NCBI GenBank assembly: GCA_964016885.1
Contig: OZ024740.1
Coordinates: forward strand, 355,942,001-356,006,000
Direction: 5' to 3'
DNA length: 64,000 nt
Origin: Eledone cirrhosa
Lineage: Eukaryota
The translations under genes were made by a program, and so were the position numbers. Every line of letters starts with the position of its first letter. Within the stretch, counting starts at the first letter, position 1. This document shows, piece by piece, positions 25,289-39,620 of the stretch. The notes under the pieces were generated by a model that made no database searches, was not told the origin of the DNA, and worked only from the letters and a program-made list of their open reading frames with translations.

Positions 25289-25695
25289 GCCGACCTTACC
25301 CAATTACACCTCTCAAAGGCGATGACACACGACCATGACTTCTGGCGTCACGCAGTAATACAGAGTACCCGGCCTCCCATGGGTACAAGCTGAAGCATAT
25401 AAACAATATGCCCCCACACCCTCCCACTGCAATGTGGTCGTGGAGGTGCCATGGCAAAAAAGCACCCAGCCCACACTGTAAAGTGGACGTGTAGGCGCCA
25501 CGGAAAAAAAGCACTCAGCACTCACTGTAAATGAGGTTGGTGTTAGGAAGGGCATCCAACTGTAGAAATCAAGCCAGAATCAGTTCCTGTATGAGCAAGG
25601 CATGGTCAGCCGACCAGACACTGCCCACAACAGGACAACCCGTCTAACCCATGCTAGCATGGATGAACGGATGTAAAACGGTGATCATGATGATA
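25289..25695 (+). mobile_element. RTE family 1 3' fragment
   Basis: Reverse complement of the 3' end and UTR seen at 19374-19790. Confidence 0.9.
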
Positions 25696-25704
25696 TGTAG
25701 TAAT

Positions 25705-26625
25705 AATTATTTTTTTAGCAATGGCACAAAAACAGCAATTTGGAGGAAATGGAAAGTCGATTATATTTATCCCAGTACTTTACTGGCATTTATTTTATCA
25801 ATCCCAGAAGGATGAAAAGCAAAGTAAACCTTGATAGGATTTGAACTCAGGATATAGAAAATTATAACTAAATACCCGAAAGCAATTTGTATGATATGCT
25901 ATTGATACTGCCAATCCCCCATCCTCTTTATATGCAGTAATAATTCATTTTAATATTGGTACAAAGCCAGTAAATTTGGGGGAAGGAGAAAGTTAATTAT
26001 ATCAAGATTGTTCTCAGAAGAGTTTGAAATCAGAACCTAGAAAGTTGTAACTAAATACTGCAAAAGGTTTTGTCTAATGTGCTAACAATTCTACCAATGG
26101 GGTGGCTTGGGAACCCCTGAAGGATGTAACTGTTCTCAGAACTGTCCTATATGTGAGACAGATCACCACACCACTCTATGCTGCGAAACAATGCTCTACT
26201 GATTCTGCCAACCCACTGCTCTATAAAAATAATAATGATGATAATAATAATGATAACAATAATGATACAATTGTTTCTACTTTAGGCACAATGGCAGCAA
26301 TTTGAAAGGGAGGGGGAAAGTCAATTAAATCGACCCAGTGCATTAATGGTGCTTTATTTTATTGACCCCATAAGGATGAAAGGTAAAGTTAGCTTCAGTG
26401 GGATTTCAACTCAGAACATAAAGGGACGTAACTCTATGTTTCGAAGCATGGCGTCTGATGCTCTACCGATACTGCCAACCCACTGCCCTATAACAATAAT
26501 AATAATTGTTTCTACTTTTGGCACAAGGCCAGCAATTATCCCAGTGCATTACTGGTACTTTATTTTATCGACCCTGTAAGGATGAAAGGCAAAGTTAACC
26601 TTGGCGGGATTTGAACTCAGAATGG
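25705..26625 (-). mobile_element. Cluster of four or five SINE copies (Meta/MESC-like) separated by (AAT)n
   Basis: Repeated GGCACAA..CAGCAATT...GGATGAAAGGCAAAGT...GATTTGAACTCAG units. Confidence 0.75.
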
Positions 26626-26679
26626 CAAGGGATGTATAACAATAATAATAATGACAATAATCATCATCATCATCATAAT

Positions 26680-27840
26680 AATAGATTTGGGCTGAATAAC
26701 CTCTTGGGTACATATACGTTGAAACAGTTCTGTAGACAGACAGTACAACATTATGTTCACAAAAGAAAATTACGTGAAATTTTGACTAGAAAATTGTGCC
26801 AAGGCAACCATAGAGAGAAACCTAGTGAAAAACTCTAATATCATGCTAGATAAAGAAACCGAGTTAAGAGAATTAGATTAAATACAGACATACAAATACA
26901 TAGGAATCAATGAAGTAAACAGAGTTCAGCAAATACAGATGAAATAGAAGATTATAAAGGAATACTATTGATGGAAATTATTACTATTTAAAATAGAACT
27001 AAATGCAAAGAACAAGGTAATGGGCATCAATACTCCAGTGCTCTCAATAATAAGCTACAGTTTTAACATTCTTAACTGGACACTAAAAGAATTAGCAGGA
27101 CTAGAGAGAGAAAAAAAACAAGAAAATTAGTGACTGCATTTAAGAATACATCACCCAAATCAGACATAGAAAGATTATACCTACCATGAACACAGGGAGG
27201 AAGGGGCCTTATGTAATTAGAATACTAATTAAATAGTAAACACTGTAGGACCATAAAAATACACAATGAAGAATAGTTAAATGTTAATATCATTAGCCAA
27301 TTGTTTTCTGTTTTCAAATAGCCAACACATCCTAAACAGAAGCTGAATTGACATATAATTATGAAGAAAATGAAAACACAGAAGAAACTGCAACAGAAAC
27401 TGTGAAAAAGATAAAACCCAAATTAAAAACACATCTCCTGAATGTTATGCTGAAATGATAAGAATAAGTCCTACGTGACCAATACCTGAAAAACTGAATA
27501 GGGAGGAAGTAGACAAGAAAATCTCACAAAACTGGATAAGAAGCATGGGAGTAAAAGCTAAGACTGAACAATTTTTAATTGCAGCACAAGATCAAAGCCT
27601 TCTTACCAGAAACACTGAAAACATATAATGAAACAGAACACAGTAAGTACATTCAGAATATGTGATGGGAAGGACAAAACAATTAACCACATTCTCTGTG
27701 ACTACCTAGTCTTAGCATAAACAGAATATATTAGCAGACATGATAAATTTGGAATTTACATACATTGGAAGATATGTTAACACTAGAAAATACCAACAGA
27801 CAATATGTGGTACTAAACATACACAGAAAAGGTTTATATA
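26680..27840 (+). mobile_element. Degenerate Dong/R4-clade LINE RT fragment
   Basis: Broken frames give YKYIGI, ELNAKNKVMGIN, SYSFNILNW, HHPKSDIERLYLP..QGGRGL, KAKTEQFLIAAQDQSL and EYISRHD. Confidence 0.75.
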
Positions 27841-27861
27841 CATACGTACATACTTACATAC

Positions 27862-28197
27862 ATGATGACTCAACTCACTTTCGAGTAATGCTATTGCTTG
27901 ATACTTAAGCATAAGCATCACGGATGTGGCTTTTTAGTCCTGCTAGGGACTTGCCAATGGCCAGCAATACCATGCATCACAAAAGATGACACCTATCAAG
28001 CAATGCCTGTGCTTGAAGCTTTTTTAAGCGAGGAAAGGCTTTGCACAGAGCCAATCTCACTCTCTGAAAATTGAATGCATTTGCCCAAAAAAGAACTGAT
28101 TTACATCGTTGGATGCCAATGAAGTTGCAAGTTTTATATCAGAGTGACCTTCTCCTATCCTAGAGAGATCTCTTAAGGAAGACTAGGAATCTCTCGC
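27862..28197 (-). mobile_element. Bipartite RTE-derived short element, older copy
   Basis: Reverse complement aligns with 60730-60890 (AGGAGAAGG..ACTCTGATATAA...GCACAGGCATTGCTT) and with the KSLAGLKSH.R 3' end, with a (TGTA)n tail. Confidence 0.75.
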
Positions 28198-28230
<33 letters not shown>

Positions 28231-28743
28231 TAAATATATATACATACATGATTATGTCACAGCTACATCAGTATCTGTGTGAGAACACCAATGACTAGTA
28301 TTTCAGGATGTTTATCCATCTTTAGTGACATTTACTCATTCAGTACTGAGGCAAAATAAGCTGTCAACTTGTATATACATTTTTGCAAATAATGTAATTA
28401 CGTTGATGCTCATTTGCATAGAGTGCTAGCTTAATATCCTGGTATTAATTAACCGTAGTACTAACACAGCATGATTCAGAATAGAGAATTATATATGGAA
28501 ATACAGACAAATTCGCAAACATACATGCACATATTTCAATACAGTGAATCAAGTTATCTTGATTCACAGAGAAATGAATTCTTTCATACTAGTAATAATA
28601 GTTAAATTATTGTTAACTTTTTTATTTTCATTTAAGATAATATATTGATTTAAGAAGCAATAAAATTTCTAAGAGAAATCATTAATCTTTATCTTTATGG
28701 TATGCATTCAAAATTATATATATCCATATACATAAATACGCAT

Positions 28744-28792
<49 letters not shown>

Positions 28793-28793
<1 letters not shown>

Positions 28794-29190
28794 CATCATC
28801 ATCATCATCATCATCAACGTTTAACGTCCGTGTTCCACGCTTGCATGGGTTTGGACGGGGGTAGTCCCACTTGAGGCAAGAGTGATTGTCTTGCTCGCAT
28901 AGGACTGTCTGGCAGGTTTTCTACAGTTGGATGCCCTTCCTAACACCAACCACATTTACAGTGTGGGTCTGGGAGGTTTTTACCGTGTTGGCTACACGGC
29001 CACATTACAGCGTGGACTGTGTGTTTTTTTGTCGTGACACCTACACGATCTCATTTGTTTCGGCCTGGATGGCGCGGCACCAACATAACTTTACATAGAA
29101 CGGGGTGGTGTGGGTGGGGTGGGGGTGGTGGTGGTGGGACGGGGTGTATTTTGTTAGAGATGCGTACTGGCTGTAGTAGGTTTTACTATG
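28793..29190 (-). mobile_element. RTE family 1 (subfamily B) 3' UTR fragment
   Basis: Matches 58086-58470. Confidence 0.85.
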
Positions 29191-29217
29191 TATTTATGTA
29201 TATATATATACATATAT

Positions 29218-29248
<31 letters not shown>

Positions 29249-29306
29249 TACATACATACATACATATATATAACATACATACATATATACTGTATATGTA
29301 CATACA

Positions 29307-29342
<36 letters not shown>

Positions 29343-29390
29343 CTTACATACATACATATTTATAACATACATACATATATATATATATGT

Positions 29391-29427
<37 letters not shown>

Positions 29428-29660
29428 CATACATATATCTAACATACATACATATATACTGTATATGTACATACATATATATGTACATACATCTATATAT
29501 GTATATACATACATACATACATATATATAATATACATACATACATATATATAACATACATACATATATATATATATGTACATATATATATATATATATAT
29601 ATGTACATATATATATATATATATATATATGTACATATGTATATGTAATATATATACAAG
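29190..29660. repeat. Compound (TA)n/(CATA)n microsatellite
   Basis: Direct inspection. Similar tracts at 23160-23313, 36199-36254, 36399-36637, 39406-39621, 40458-40845, 60290-60492. Confidence 0.95.
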
Positions 29661-30259
29661 TATAATTCTTAGATGCAAATATATTCAATGCATAGATATC
29701 TTAAACTTAATTTCTTGCTTTGAGAAAACTTTAGTCTGGAATGTTGTAATCTTAACCCCCCCCCCCCCCTTATCACCACCATCAACATCAGGTTTGTCAT
29801 TGTCAACATCATTGTTTTTATCATTGTTATCATTGTCACCGTCAACACTGCCATCATTATCCTTATCATCATTTCTAAGCTTCTAATAAGAACAATCATT
29901 ATGGGTTAAAATCCCTCTATGGGCCTGGTAAACAGAACGTGTGACTGTTTTAGATGCAGAGCTTAAGACTATAGTCTCCAATCAGTGTTTATATTTATCT
30001 AAAAACATCCCAACATCATGGTTATATGATAGTGAGCTGTTTGTTGTAAAGTGTATACATTTAAATTAAAACCTGCCATCATAATTTTATATATGAACCT
30101 TTGTTATGTTTCAAACACTATCTTAATAATGATAAAGTTAATTGTTTTGCTAAATCTTTCCAAATTCTTGATTATTTTCAATAACAACTGACATTGTTTT
30201 TTTAGAAATATAGTAATGAAAAGGTTAATCTCAGCTAAGAGAACTGAGGTATTTTAGAG

Positions 30260-30680
30260 TTAACTGTTTCACTGCCATACTTCTATTGAAAGGCATTCCC
30301 TACAATTTTCAAATCATTGTGAAAATAATAAAAAAAAATATGAAAGATATAGTAATATGCCTAACTTTCTCAATATTAATCTGGTGTTTGAAACATAATT
30401 TACCAAATGTTCTCACATAAAATTATGATGGAACGTTTTGATTTGAATATAAACACATTAACCTGTTGATTACCATGTATATTTTACACAGCTACAGTTG
30501 CTGTGCCAGTTTTTTTTTCCGTAAAATGAAGTTATGAACTGTTAGAAACGAGTTATCTCGCCTGTGGCACTGGAATGCATACATGTTAGGATGAATTATC
30601 TCATCCATAGCACTGAAGAGGTTAAAGCATACAGTTCTGTGTCACAAAACCAAGAGGGAGTTTGGTATCAAAAAGGTGAA
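30260..30680. mobile_element. TTAA-type MITE with a second TTAA-flanked MITE (30458-30625) nested inside
   Basis: Outer element is the reverse of the 3952/53668 family; the inner one reads TTAACCTGTT...GAAGAGGTTAA. Confidence 0.5.
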
Positions 30681-32042
30681 GCATTTTGATCATGTGTACA
30701 CTGCAGTTTTACTAACATGATGTAAGCCACTAGTAACTTTGAAAAAGTAATAGGACAAGATGAAAGAAAAGAAGACAAATAAAATGATGCTTCAACATAA
30801 ATCAAGAAGTAATTAAAAAAAGAAAATGATGAATTAACATCACATTAAAGTATTCTCTTTATTCTATTAACATTGATTTGGCATGCTGCTCCATTAACTT
30901 CACACTATCAAACATCTTATTTAATCTCATTCAATTAAGATCTCATGAGAAACTGAAGGTACTAATGACAAGTAGTAGATTAGGAAATGTCTTTAGATGA
31001 CATATTAGCACTTCTTTAGTGGTGTCAAGTATTGTTTGTGAGAGACAAGAGATGAGAAGACATCATGATGTTTTCTATCAATGGGAATGGATAAACCTAA
31101 GTATAGAGTAGAGGTAATTAAAATGTGATTAACACATTCAATCTTGTATCACAAGATTTGTTCTTGCCCTTCCCACTATTTTTCCTTCATTTTCTGTTTT
31201 ACATAGTGTCAGTGACAAGATATGTTAGAAAGAAAAAATAAAACAAAAACTCAAGTCAAAGACAATCATGGCATCAATCCTACTTTGATTTATATAAAGC
31301 TGTTTTGTCATTTACTCTTAGGGTATGCTTACTTACACATGTCTACACTATTTCTAACTTGATCTTATTTCCTGCACTATTTATAAATATGGTATACAGT
31401 CATTTAAACATATGATCTTTATTATAACCAAACATCATCATGATCATCATTTAACATCTTTCTTTGCCGCTAGAAAGGTTTGGATGGGTCTTAACACACT
31501 TGAGTCAATACTCAAGCAAAGTTACTGACCTCTCAGATGGGCTATGGCCTACATCTTGCTTACATACATTCTCATGCTCTACCAAGTGCATTTTATCATG
31601 GCACCAACATTAGGAAGGTTGTCATATTTTTGAAAAGTCTTGCTGACCCTTTGTTTGGCAGGTTTTCTATGACTGAGCTGGAAGCTTTTCCTATCACCAA
31701 CCACATTAGAGAGTGTTCTGGGTACTTTTATTGTGTAAATCACCAATGAGAAAGAATCAGTTTGATCTATTGTAAACTCTAGTGTCTGTGAAATTACAAT
31801 AGTAGCAGACTTAGGAAAAAATTGGTACTGGGATTGATATAATCAACTAAACCCACAAAGGCAGTGTCCTAGCATGGTAAGATAAATTTGGTCAGTAGTT
31901 AACTACAGATTTGTGGCGTTATTAAAGAGAAGATCTATCTATTCAGACCGAGATTACTTTTTTTGCCTGAGCTGAATGACTTGTCTAGCAGAAGTAATTT
32001 TATTCTGAAAAGTTTTTGTGCTTATCTCTAAAAGTTAGTTAC

Positions 32043-32430
32043 AAGAATGACTGTATTGTTAAGAAGTTTGCTTTACTGTCATGTGATTTCAGGGTCAGTC
32101 ACACTGAATAGTACTTCGGGAAGGTGTATTCTACTATAGCCTCAGTTTCGCTTATGAGTGAAATTGGTCAATGAAAACTGTGCAAAAACCCATTGTATAT
32201 ATATATATATATATATAAATGGATGCATGTGGTTGTGTGTATGTCTGTTCCGGTGTCTGTGTTTAGGCCTGTTTGTTTATCTCCCATTCTTACTTACTGG
32301 TTTAACAAATAAAGATAAATAAAATAAGTATGAGACATAAAAAAACAAATGATTACTGGGGTTGATATGATTGACTAAATTTCTTGAATGTATTGCTCCA
32401 GTATACCCATATTCCAAAGATTAAAATCAG
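32043..32430 (+). mobile_element. Degenerate CORE-type SINE with internal (TA)n
   Basis: tRNA-like start, GTACTTCGGGAAGGTGTATTCTACTATAGCCTC, (TA)n, then ATAAATAAAATAAGTA..CTGGGGTTGATATGATTGACTAA. Confidence 0.5.
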
Positions 32431-33384
32431 TTAAACTGTTAAAAAAATACTAAAACATGTAAAATAAAAAGTATGCTACCTAGGCAGAATGAAAATCCTG
32501 CAGAAGATTTAAACATAGAAGCTTGTCAAATAATATATCTACTCAGTCACTTTTCTACATGTTATACATGAGAAAGGAATAATTTAAATGCTATAGAAAA
32601 ATTAAGGGAATATCTTATCAGCTAATAATTTTATGGTAATATATCAAGAAAATGAAGTTATTAATAAGTCTACAGAATGATTGAGTAAGAATGCAGTGAA
32701 CCAGAGATTTACCTATTGGAATTTTATAACCAACAACTTTATTGCTTTCAAATGCATAACATAAAAAAAAAAGGTTTTGAAGTGGGTAAAATTATGAAAA
32801 GCAAAAATGAGCTGAAGAAAAAGTTTCAAAAGAGCATGCTTAGAAGAAACAATCAAAATCATATAAATGTAGATAATGAAAAAAGAATGTGAAAGCACTG
32901 ACTGAATATACAGAGAAATATTAGAGGAACATGTTACATCAAATGGCAAGGGAAGGATATAGGATATTAAGATTGATATTAAAGTATTCACAATACCATG
33001 GAAATAAGCAGAATGATGGTGATGATGATGATCATCATCAATTCTAGTTAAAAACTTATCTGAATATATTAAGGTAGACATTTGGTTTAATGGTTATAAG
33101 TTTGAATCCTGCTGTCAGTATTGTATTGTATTCTCAGAACTTAAGCATATTTAGATTGAGAGTCGAGCTTGTGTTAGGTATATATTTGTGTTTTCATCTA
33201 GAATAAACTGACAAGGCTAAAAGGAGAGGAATTTTTGTGTCTGGGCAACCATAGATTTCTATATTGTTTGATCTAGATTTGTGGCAGTGAATGCTAATAT
33301 ATAACCAGAGTTCATTCATATATGACATTCTATTCATATAGAATATATAAATATACATAAACACGAACACAGACACCCCTCCCC

Positions 33385-34100
33385 ATATCATCATCATCAT
33401 CACCATCATAGTTTTATATCCACTTTTCTATTCTTGCATATGTTGGAAGGGTCCTTTCTAGCACAGCCTTCCTCCTTTGTCATCTTCACTGTGAGGTTCA
33501 GGGTTTTGAGATCAGCCTTCACCACTTCTGCTCAGGTCTTCCTCAGTTGTCCTCTGCAGAAGATTCCTTCTACTGGGATCTCTAGACATTTCTTTGCCCA
33601 ATGATCACTATCTATACACATTACATGTCCATATCAACACAACCATCTCGCTTGAATATCACATGTGGTTTCTCTTATGCTCCAATCTTCTCGCAACTCA
33701 GTCATGATTCACTGTTCTTGTACATAAACAGTACACATTTATCAGAACATGCGCAGCTCATTTCTAACCAACTTCTTGAAATTCATTGCATTCACTGCCC
33801 ATGTCTCACTACCATGCAACATCACACTTCACATGCAGGTATCAGTCATCTGGCTTTTCATTCTTAGAGAAAAACCTTATGTTGTCAACAAAGATTGTAG
33901 CTCCCTAAACATTTTTCATCCTGTTTTTATTCTAACAACTATGATTTCAAAGCAACTTAGGTAACAAAAGCTATCAGCTACATCTATAAAATCCTCTCTG
34001 GATTGGAAAAAGTTAATTTCACTGATGCTTTTACAACCCCCTATCCTTCTGCAACATCCACATACAAAGTCAATTTATCCCACTACAGCTCTTGTATATA
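33385..34100 (-). mobile_element. Old RTE family 1-related 3' fragment
   Basis: CCATGTCTCACTACCATGCAAC (LHGSETW on minus) and a (CAT)n tail; many substitutions. Confidence 0.75.
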
Positions 34101-35244
34101 TATATTATTTTCTGTTTTGGGGATTCCTACATCTTCTAAGAATTTCAAATCTAATCAAATGCTTCAATACTTTGTATTTATAATGTTGTTTACATACAAA
34201 GTTATTTATAAAGCTATCTATAAAGTACTTTAGATGGGATTAGTTATCAGAGGCCATTTAGTTCAATGGCTTGAGCACTCAGTCGGAATTTGAGTTGAAT
34301 TCTTAGCAGCAGTTGCTGGCCATTATTTTTCGTCAATAGGGGCACTTTATCTCATTTTCTAAGCAGTTGTTTATAGCAATTGACAGTTATTTTCAGCATT
34401 TGGGATTATATCAATTCACTGCTGTGTATTGACCCCAATATATTACGGTGCTTTCTTTCTTGACTCTAGAAAGATCAAAGCCAATGTGGACCCCAGCAGA
34501 ATTGGAACTGAAGATGATTGGTATAACTACTCTATTATGACATGACAACTTCTCTAATGTTGGGGATCTACATGCACCCAGTAAATTCTGGAAAGCAGTT
34601 GGTAACAGGCAGGGATTGCAGCTTTAGAAAACCTTCCAAACAAAGGGTCAGGAGGATCCTTCAGCTACATTAAAGATATGTGTTGTTGGTGCCATGATGA
34701 AATACACTCAGTAGAGTGGTGCAATACATGTAAATTAGATTTAGGCTCTCAGTCCAGTCAAGCACTCAGTAGAGCAAAGGAATATTTGTAAGTAAAATGC
34801 AGGCCAGTGGTTCATCAGAGAGGTCAGTAGCTTTGCTTGAGTACTGACTTATTCTGTGACAACACACCCAACCCTTGTCAGCAGGAAGGACACATGTTAA
34901 AAAATGATGTAACTATAGTATCACAAGATATTTTGACAGACATTTACCAATACTGTATTCAATTGCTCAGAATTCTATTGAGTGAGAGTGTTTATAATTC
35001 AATTGCCTTTGTCACTTTGTCCAAAGCACAAATTTACTGGAACATTGGCTCTTATTATGTTTAGAGGCAGTGAACATTATCTTCAGCTGGATTGTTACTA
35101 GCATTAGTAATTACACTAAATGTAATTACTTTATTACTCTTGGAGAGATAAGATTAAGTACCGAATTTAATATGCACAGATGTGTGTGTGTAAAGTAATA
35201 TGTAGATGTAAGTATGCATATAATTTAATTATATATAGATATAT

Positions 35245-36197
35245 ATCATCATCATCACCGTTTTACATCCATTCTTCCACGCTAGCATGGGTTAGACGGG
35301 TTGTCCTATTGTGGGCAGTGTCCGGTCGGCTGACCTTGTCTTGTTCATATGGGAACTGATTCTGGTTTGATTTCTACAGCTTCCTAACACCAACCTCATT
35401 TACAATGAGTGCTGGGTGCTTTTTTTCCGTGGCACCTTCATGTCTATTTTACAGTGTGGGCTGGGTGCTTTTTTGCTGTGGCACCTCTACGACCACTTTG
35501 CAGTGGAATGATAGGGACCCCAGTCCTATCACCTCATTTCTACAGCTGAGTAAACTGGAGCAATGTGAAATAAAGTGTCTTGCTCAAGGAAACAACACAT
35601 CACCCTGTCCGAGTATTGAACTCACATCCTTTTGATTGCAAGCCCAATGCTCGAACCATTAAGCCATGTACCTTCATATATATAAATATAACCACTAATC
35701 ATATAGAAAATTACGTTATAAATATACACAATATTGTCTATATGCTTCAGCTTTGGTTTGTTCCTGTGGAGGGGGGTGGTCTTCTGTATTACTGCGTGAT
35801 ACCAGAGGTCACGGTCATGTGTCATCGCTTTTGAGAGATGTAATTGGGTAAGGTCGGCTTTTATCACCTCATCCCAGGTCTTCTGGGTCTCCCCACTCCG
35901 CAGCTTCCATCGACTTCTAGTGCTCAGCACCTTTTTATGCAGCTGTCATCCTTCATACGCACCACATGTCCATACCAACGTAACCTCCACTCCTGCACAC
36001 AGCATTTGATTCCTCTTATGCTCAGACTCTCTCTCAATTCATTTATGCTTTGCTGTTAGTGTATATTACTATTACACATCCATCAGAGCATGCAAGCTTC
36101 GTTTCTCTCTAATCTACGCAAGTCTTCTACAGACAGCGCCCAGGTCTCACTACCATGTAACATTGCTGTTCGTATACACGTATTGTACAGTCTGCCT

Positions 36198-36198
<1 letters not shown>
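35245..36198 (-). mobile_element. RTE family 1 variant: ORF 3' end plus 3' UTR with embedded SINE head
   Basis: RT C-terminal coding 35760-36198 is continuous with a UTR in which 35508-35730 is a tRNA/CORE-like head plus AT-rich leader. Confidence 0.85.
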
Positions 36199-36258
<60 letters not shown>

Positions 36259-36395
36259 ATAATAAAAGGACGATTTGTTATGTTTTCATTATGTTTATTG
36301 AGTAGTGACACGCGTTTTCGCTATTGATCAGATCAATGTTCGAGCTGTATCGATCTAGCCCGACTCTGGAAACTACAGTACCTGCACGTTACATT

Positions 36396-36496
<101 letters not shown>

Positions 36497-36565
36497 CATA
36501 TATATACATATATATACACACATATATATATACACACATATATATATACACACACATATATATAC

Positions 36566-36635
<70 letters not shown>

Positions 36636-36637
36636 TA

Positions 36638-39315
36638 TATCATCATCATCATCATCACCGTTTTACGTCCGTTCTTCCACGCTAGCATGGGTTAGACGGG
36701 TTGTCCTGTTGTGGGCAGTGTCTGGTCGGCTGACCATGCCTTGCTCATACAGGAACTGATTTGGCTTGATTTCTACAACTGGATGCCCTTCCTAACACCA
36801 ACCTCATTTACAGTGAGTGCTGGGTGTTTTTCGTGGCGCCTACACGTCCACTTTACAGTGTGGGCTGGGTGCTTTTTTGCCGTGGCACCTCCACGACCAC
36901 CTTGCAGTGAGGGGTGTGGGGCATATTGTCTATATGCTTCAGCTTGTACCCATGGGAGGTCGGGTACTCTGTATTACTGTGTGACGCCAGAGGTCACGGT
37001 CGTGTGTCATCGCCTTTGAGAGGTGTAATTGGGTAAGGTCGGCTTTTATCACCTCATCCAAGGTCATCTTGGGTCTCCCCACTCCGCGGTTTCCATCGAC
37101 TTCTCGTGCTCAGCACCTTTTTATGCAGCTGTCATCCTTCATACGCATCACGTGTCCATACCAACGCAACCGTCTCTCCTGCACACAGCATTTGATTCCT
37201 CTTATGCTAAGTCTCTCTCTCAATTCATTTATGCTTTGTCGTTTGCGTATATTACTATTACACATCCATCAGAGCATGCAGGCTTCGTTTCTCTCTAATC
37301 TACGTAGGTCTTCCACCTTCAGCGCCCAGGTCTCACTACCATGTAACATTGCTGTTCGGATACACGCATCATACAGTCTGCCTTTCATTTTGAGGGAGAA
37401 GCCTTTTGCAGCTCGCAGTGGTAGTAGTTCCCTAAACTTCTTCCATCCCGTTCTTACCCTAGTTATTGTAAATTCTGAACACCCACCTCCGCTTCTAATT
37501 CGGTCACCTAGGTAGCAGAAGCTGTCTACTGTTTCTACAGAGCCCTCCCAGAGATTGGTGGTACTTGTTTCCTGTGGCTGTTTGCTGTACCAGCACAGCT
37601 GCTGCATGTGAAGCCTTCATTCTTAATTAAACTTCCTGAGATCCCGCTACATCTCTGGGGCAGAGAATGGAGTTCCTACCTACACCTTTCCTACATACTG
37701 AGCAAGGCCATTTCCCTGAGGGGATCTGGGTTCTGTCTTCTCGTCTACTTACAAAGACCTTAGTCTTTGTCATGTTGACTTTGAGACCCTTTCTTTCTAG
37801 TCCCTGCTTCCAAGTTTGGAATTTCTTCTCTAGTTCTACCATAGATTCAGCTATAAGTGCGAGGTCTTCAGCATACAGGAGTTCCCATGGGCATCCGGTC
37901 TTAAACTCCTCCGTTATTGCCTGCAGGACTATGATGAATAGGAGGGGGCTAAGAACAGAGCCCTGGTGGACCCCAACCTGTACGCTAAATTCCTCGCTAT
38001 ACTCATTGCTAATCCTAACTTTGCTGACTGCTCCCCTATACATGACTTGTACCGCTTTCACAAGCCATTCATCTACTCCTAGTTTTCTAAGAGCCCACCA
38101 GATTACAGCACGTGGAACTCTGCCAAAGGCTTTCTCAAGACCGACGAATGCCAGGTAGAGTGGCTTACTTTTAGCTAGGTACTTTTCCTGTAACTGCCTC
38201 ACAAGGAAGAGGGCATCAGTAGTGCCTCTTCCTGGTACAAACCCAAATTGCATCTCATCTAGTTTCACCCGGTCCCTAATCAACTGTGCTATAACTCTTT
38301 CTGTTACTTTCATGACCTGGTCCATCAGCTTTATACCTCTATAGTTTCCTCTATCTAGTGCATCACCTTTACCTTTGTAGCAGTTGACAATGATGCTACT
38401 GCACCGATCTTTTGGTATGACATCTTCTAGTATTACCTGGTTAACAATACGTGTGGTTATAGTGTGACCTACAGACCCAGATGCCTTCAGCATCTCGGCA
38501 GCTATACCCGATGGACCGGTTGCCTTCCCCATCTTCATATCTTTGATTGCCTTACTTACTACGCTGCTGCTGACTTGTACTGCTGGCCCCTCTTTAGGGT
38601 CTACTTGGGGTAGGGTCTCTTCTTCCCATGCATTCTCCTCATTTAGTAATCTATCATAATGACTCTTCCATGCATCTTTCTTCTCAGCACTTGTGAGGGA
38701 AAGCTCACCTTTATCATTCTGGATACACTTCTCTCCAATGACATCACAATTCTCTCTGACACACTGCCTCACAATCTTGAACACCTCCTGTTTCTGGTCC
38801 TCACGTTGCAAAACATGCTTGAATTTTCTATCCTCTGCTTCCCTCCTAGCTAAGTATACTTGTCGCCTAGCTTCCCTCTTGGTTTCTATGTAATGTACCC
38901 TGCTCCCCCCGTTCTTCCATTCTTTCCATGCCTGTCTCTTGGCCTTAACTGCCTAATCTACCTTATTGTTCCACCACCAAGACACTCTCCTCCTGCTTGT
39001 GATCTTACTCCAGCCACAGACCTCATCCGTCACCTCTAGTAAGTTATTTTTTAGGAACTCCCAGTGCTCTTCTACATTGAATGTCTCTATCTGTTCTTCT
39101 TTACTGTCGTAGGCGTTGAGTAAAATATCTTTAAATCTGTTACTGGTTGAGGGGTCTTTCAGCTTCCAGATCTTTCTTCTCAGGTTGGCCTCTGTTTCCA
39201 GGTTCGTCTAGTTCTGACTGTGAGGTCACTGACAACTAAGCTATGTTGGGATGCACATTCCTCACTAGGGAAGGCTTTTGTGTTTAGGACCGTCCATCTG
39301 TCACATCCTCTGATG
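36638..39315 (-). mobile_element. RTE family 1, 2.7-kb copy (end of endonuclease, RT, 3' UTR)
   Basis: ORF 37627-38811 with KGKGDALDRGNYRGIKL, QFGFVPGRGTTDA, GVHQGSVLSPLLF and YAEDL. A ~22-nt deletion at ~37656 shifts the frame, and there are stops upstream. Confidence 0.95.
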
Positions 39316-39452
39316 TATATATATATACATCAATGTCTATCATCGAAATATATATAGCAGTAAATAAAGGATTATGAGTTCATGCAATTGACTTATGTTT
39401 CGTCACTATATACATATATATATATACATATATATACATACATATATATACA

Positions 39453-39484
<32 letters not shown>

Positions 39485-39547
39485 CATATATATACATATA
39501 TATATATACATATATATATATACATATATATACATATATATATATAC

Positions 39548-39610
<63 letters not shown>

Positions 39611-39620
39611 TATATACATA

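Noticed and set aside
29019-29899. Many long ORFs rich in Y/I/H/T or C/V/M (also near 21.1, 23.0, 36.3, 39.4 and 40.1-40.9 kb)
   Set aside because: They are translations of (TA)n/(CATA)n microsatellites, which lack stop codons.
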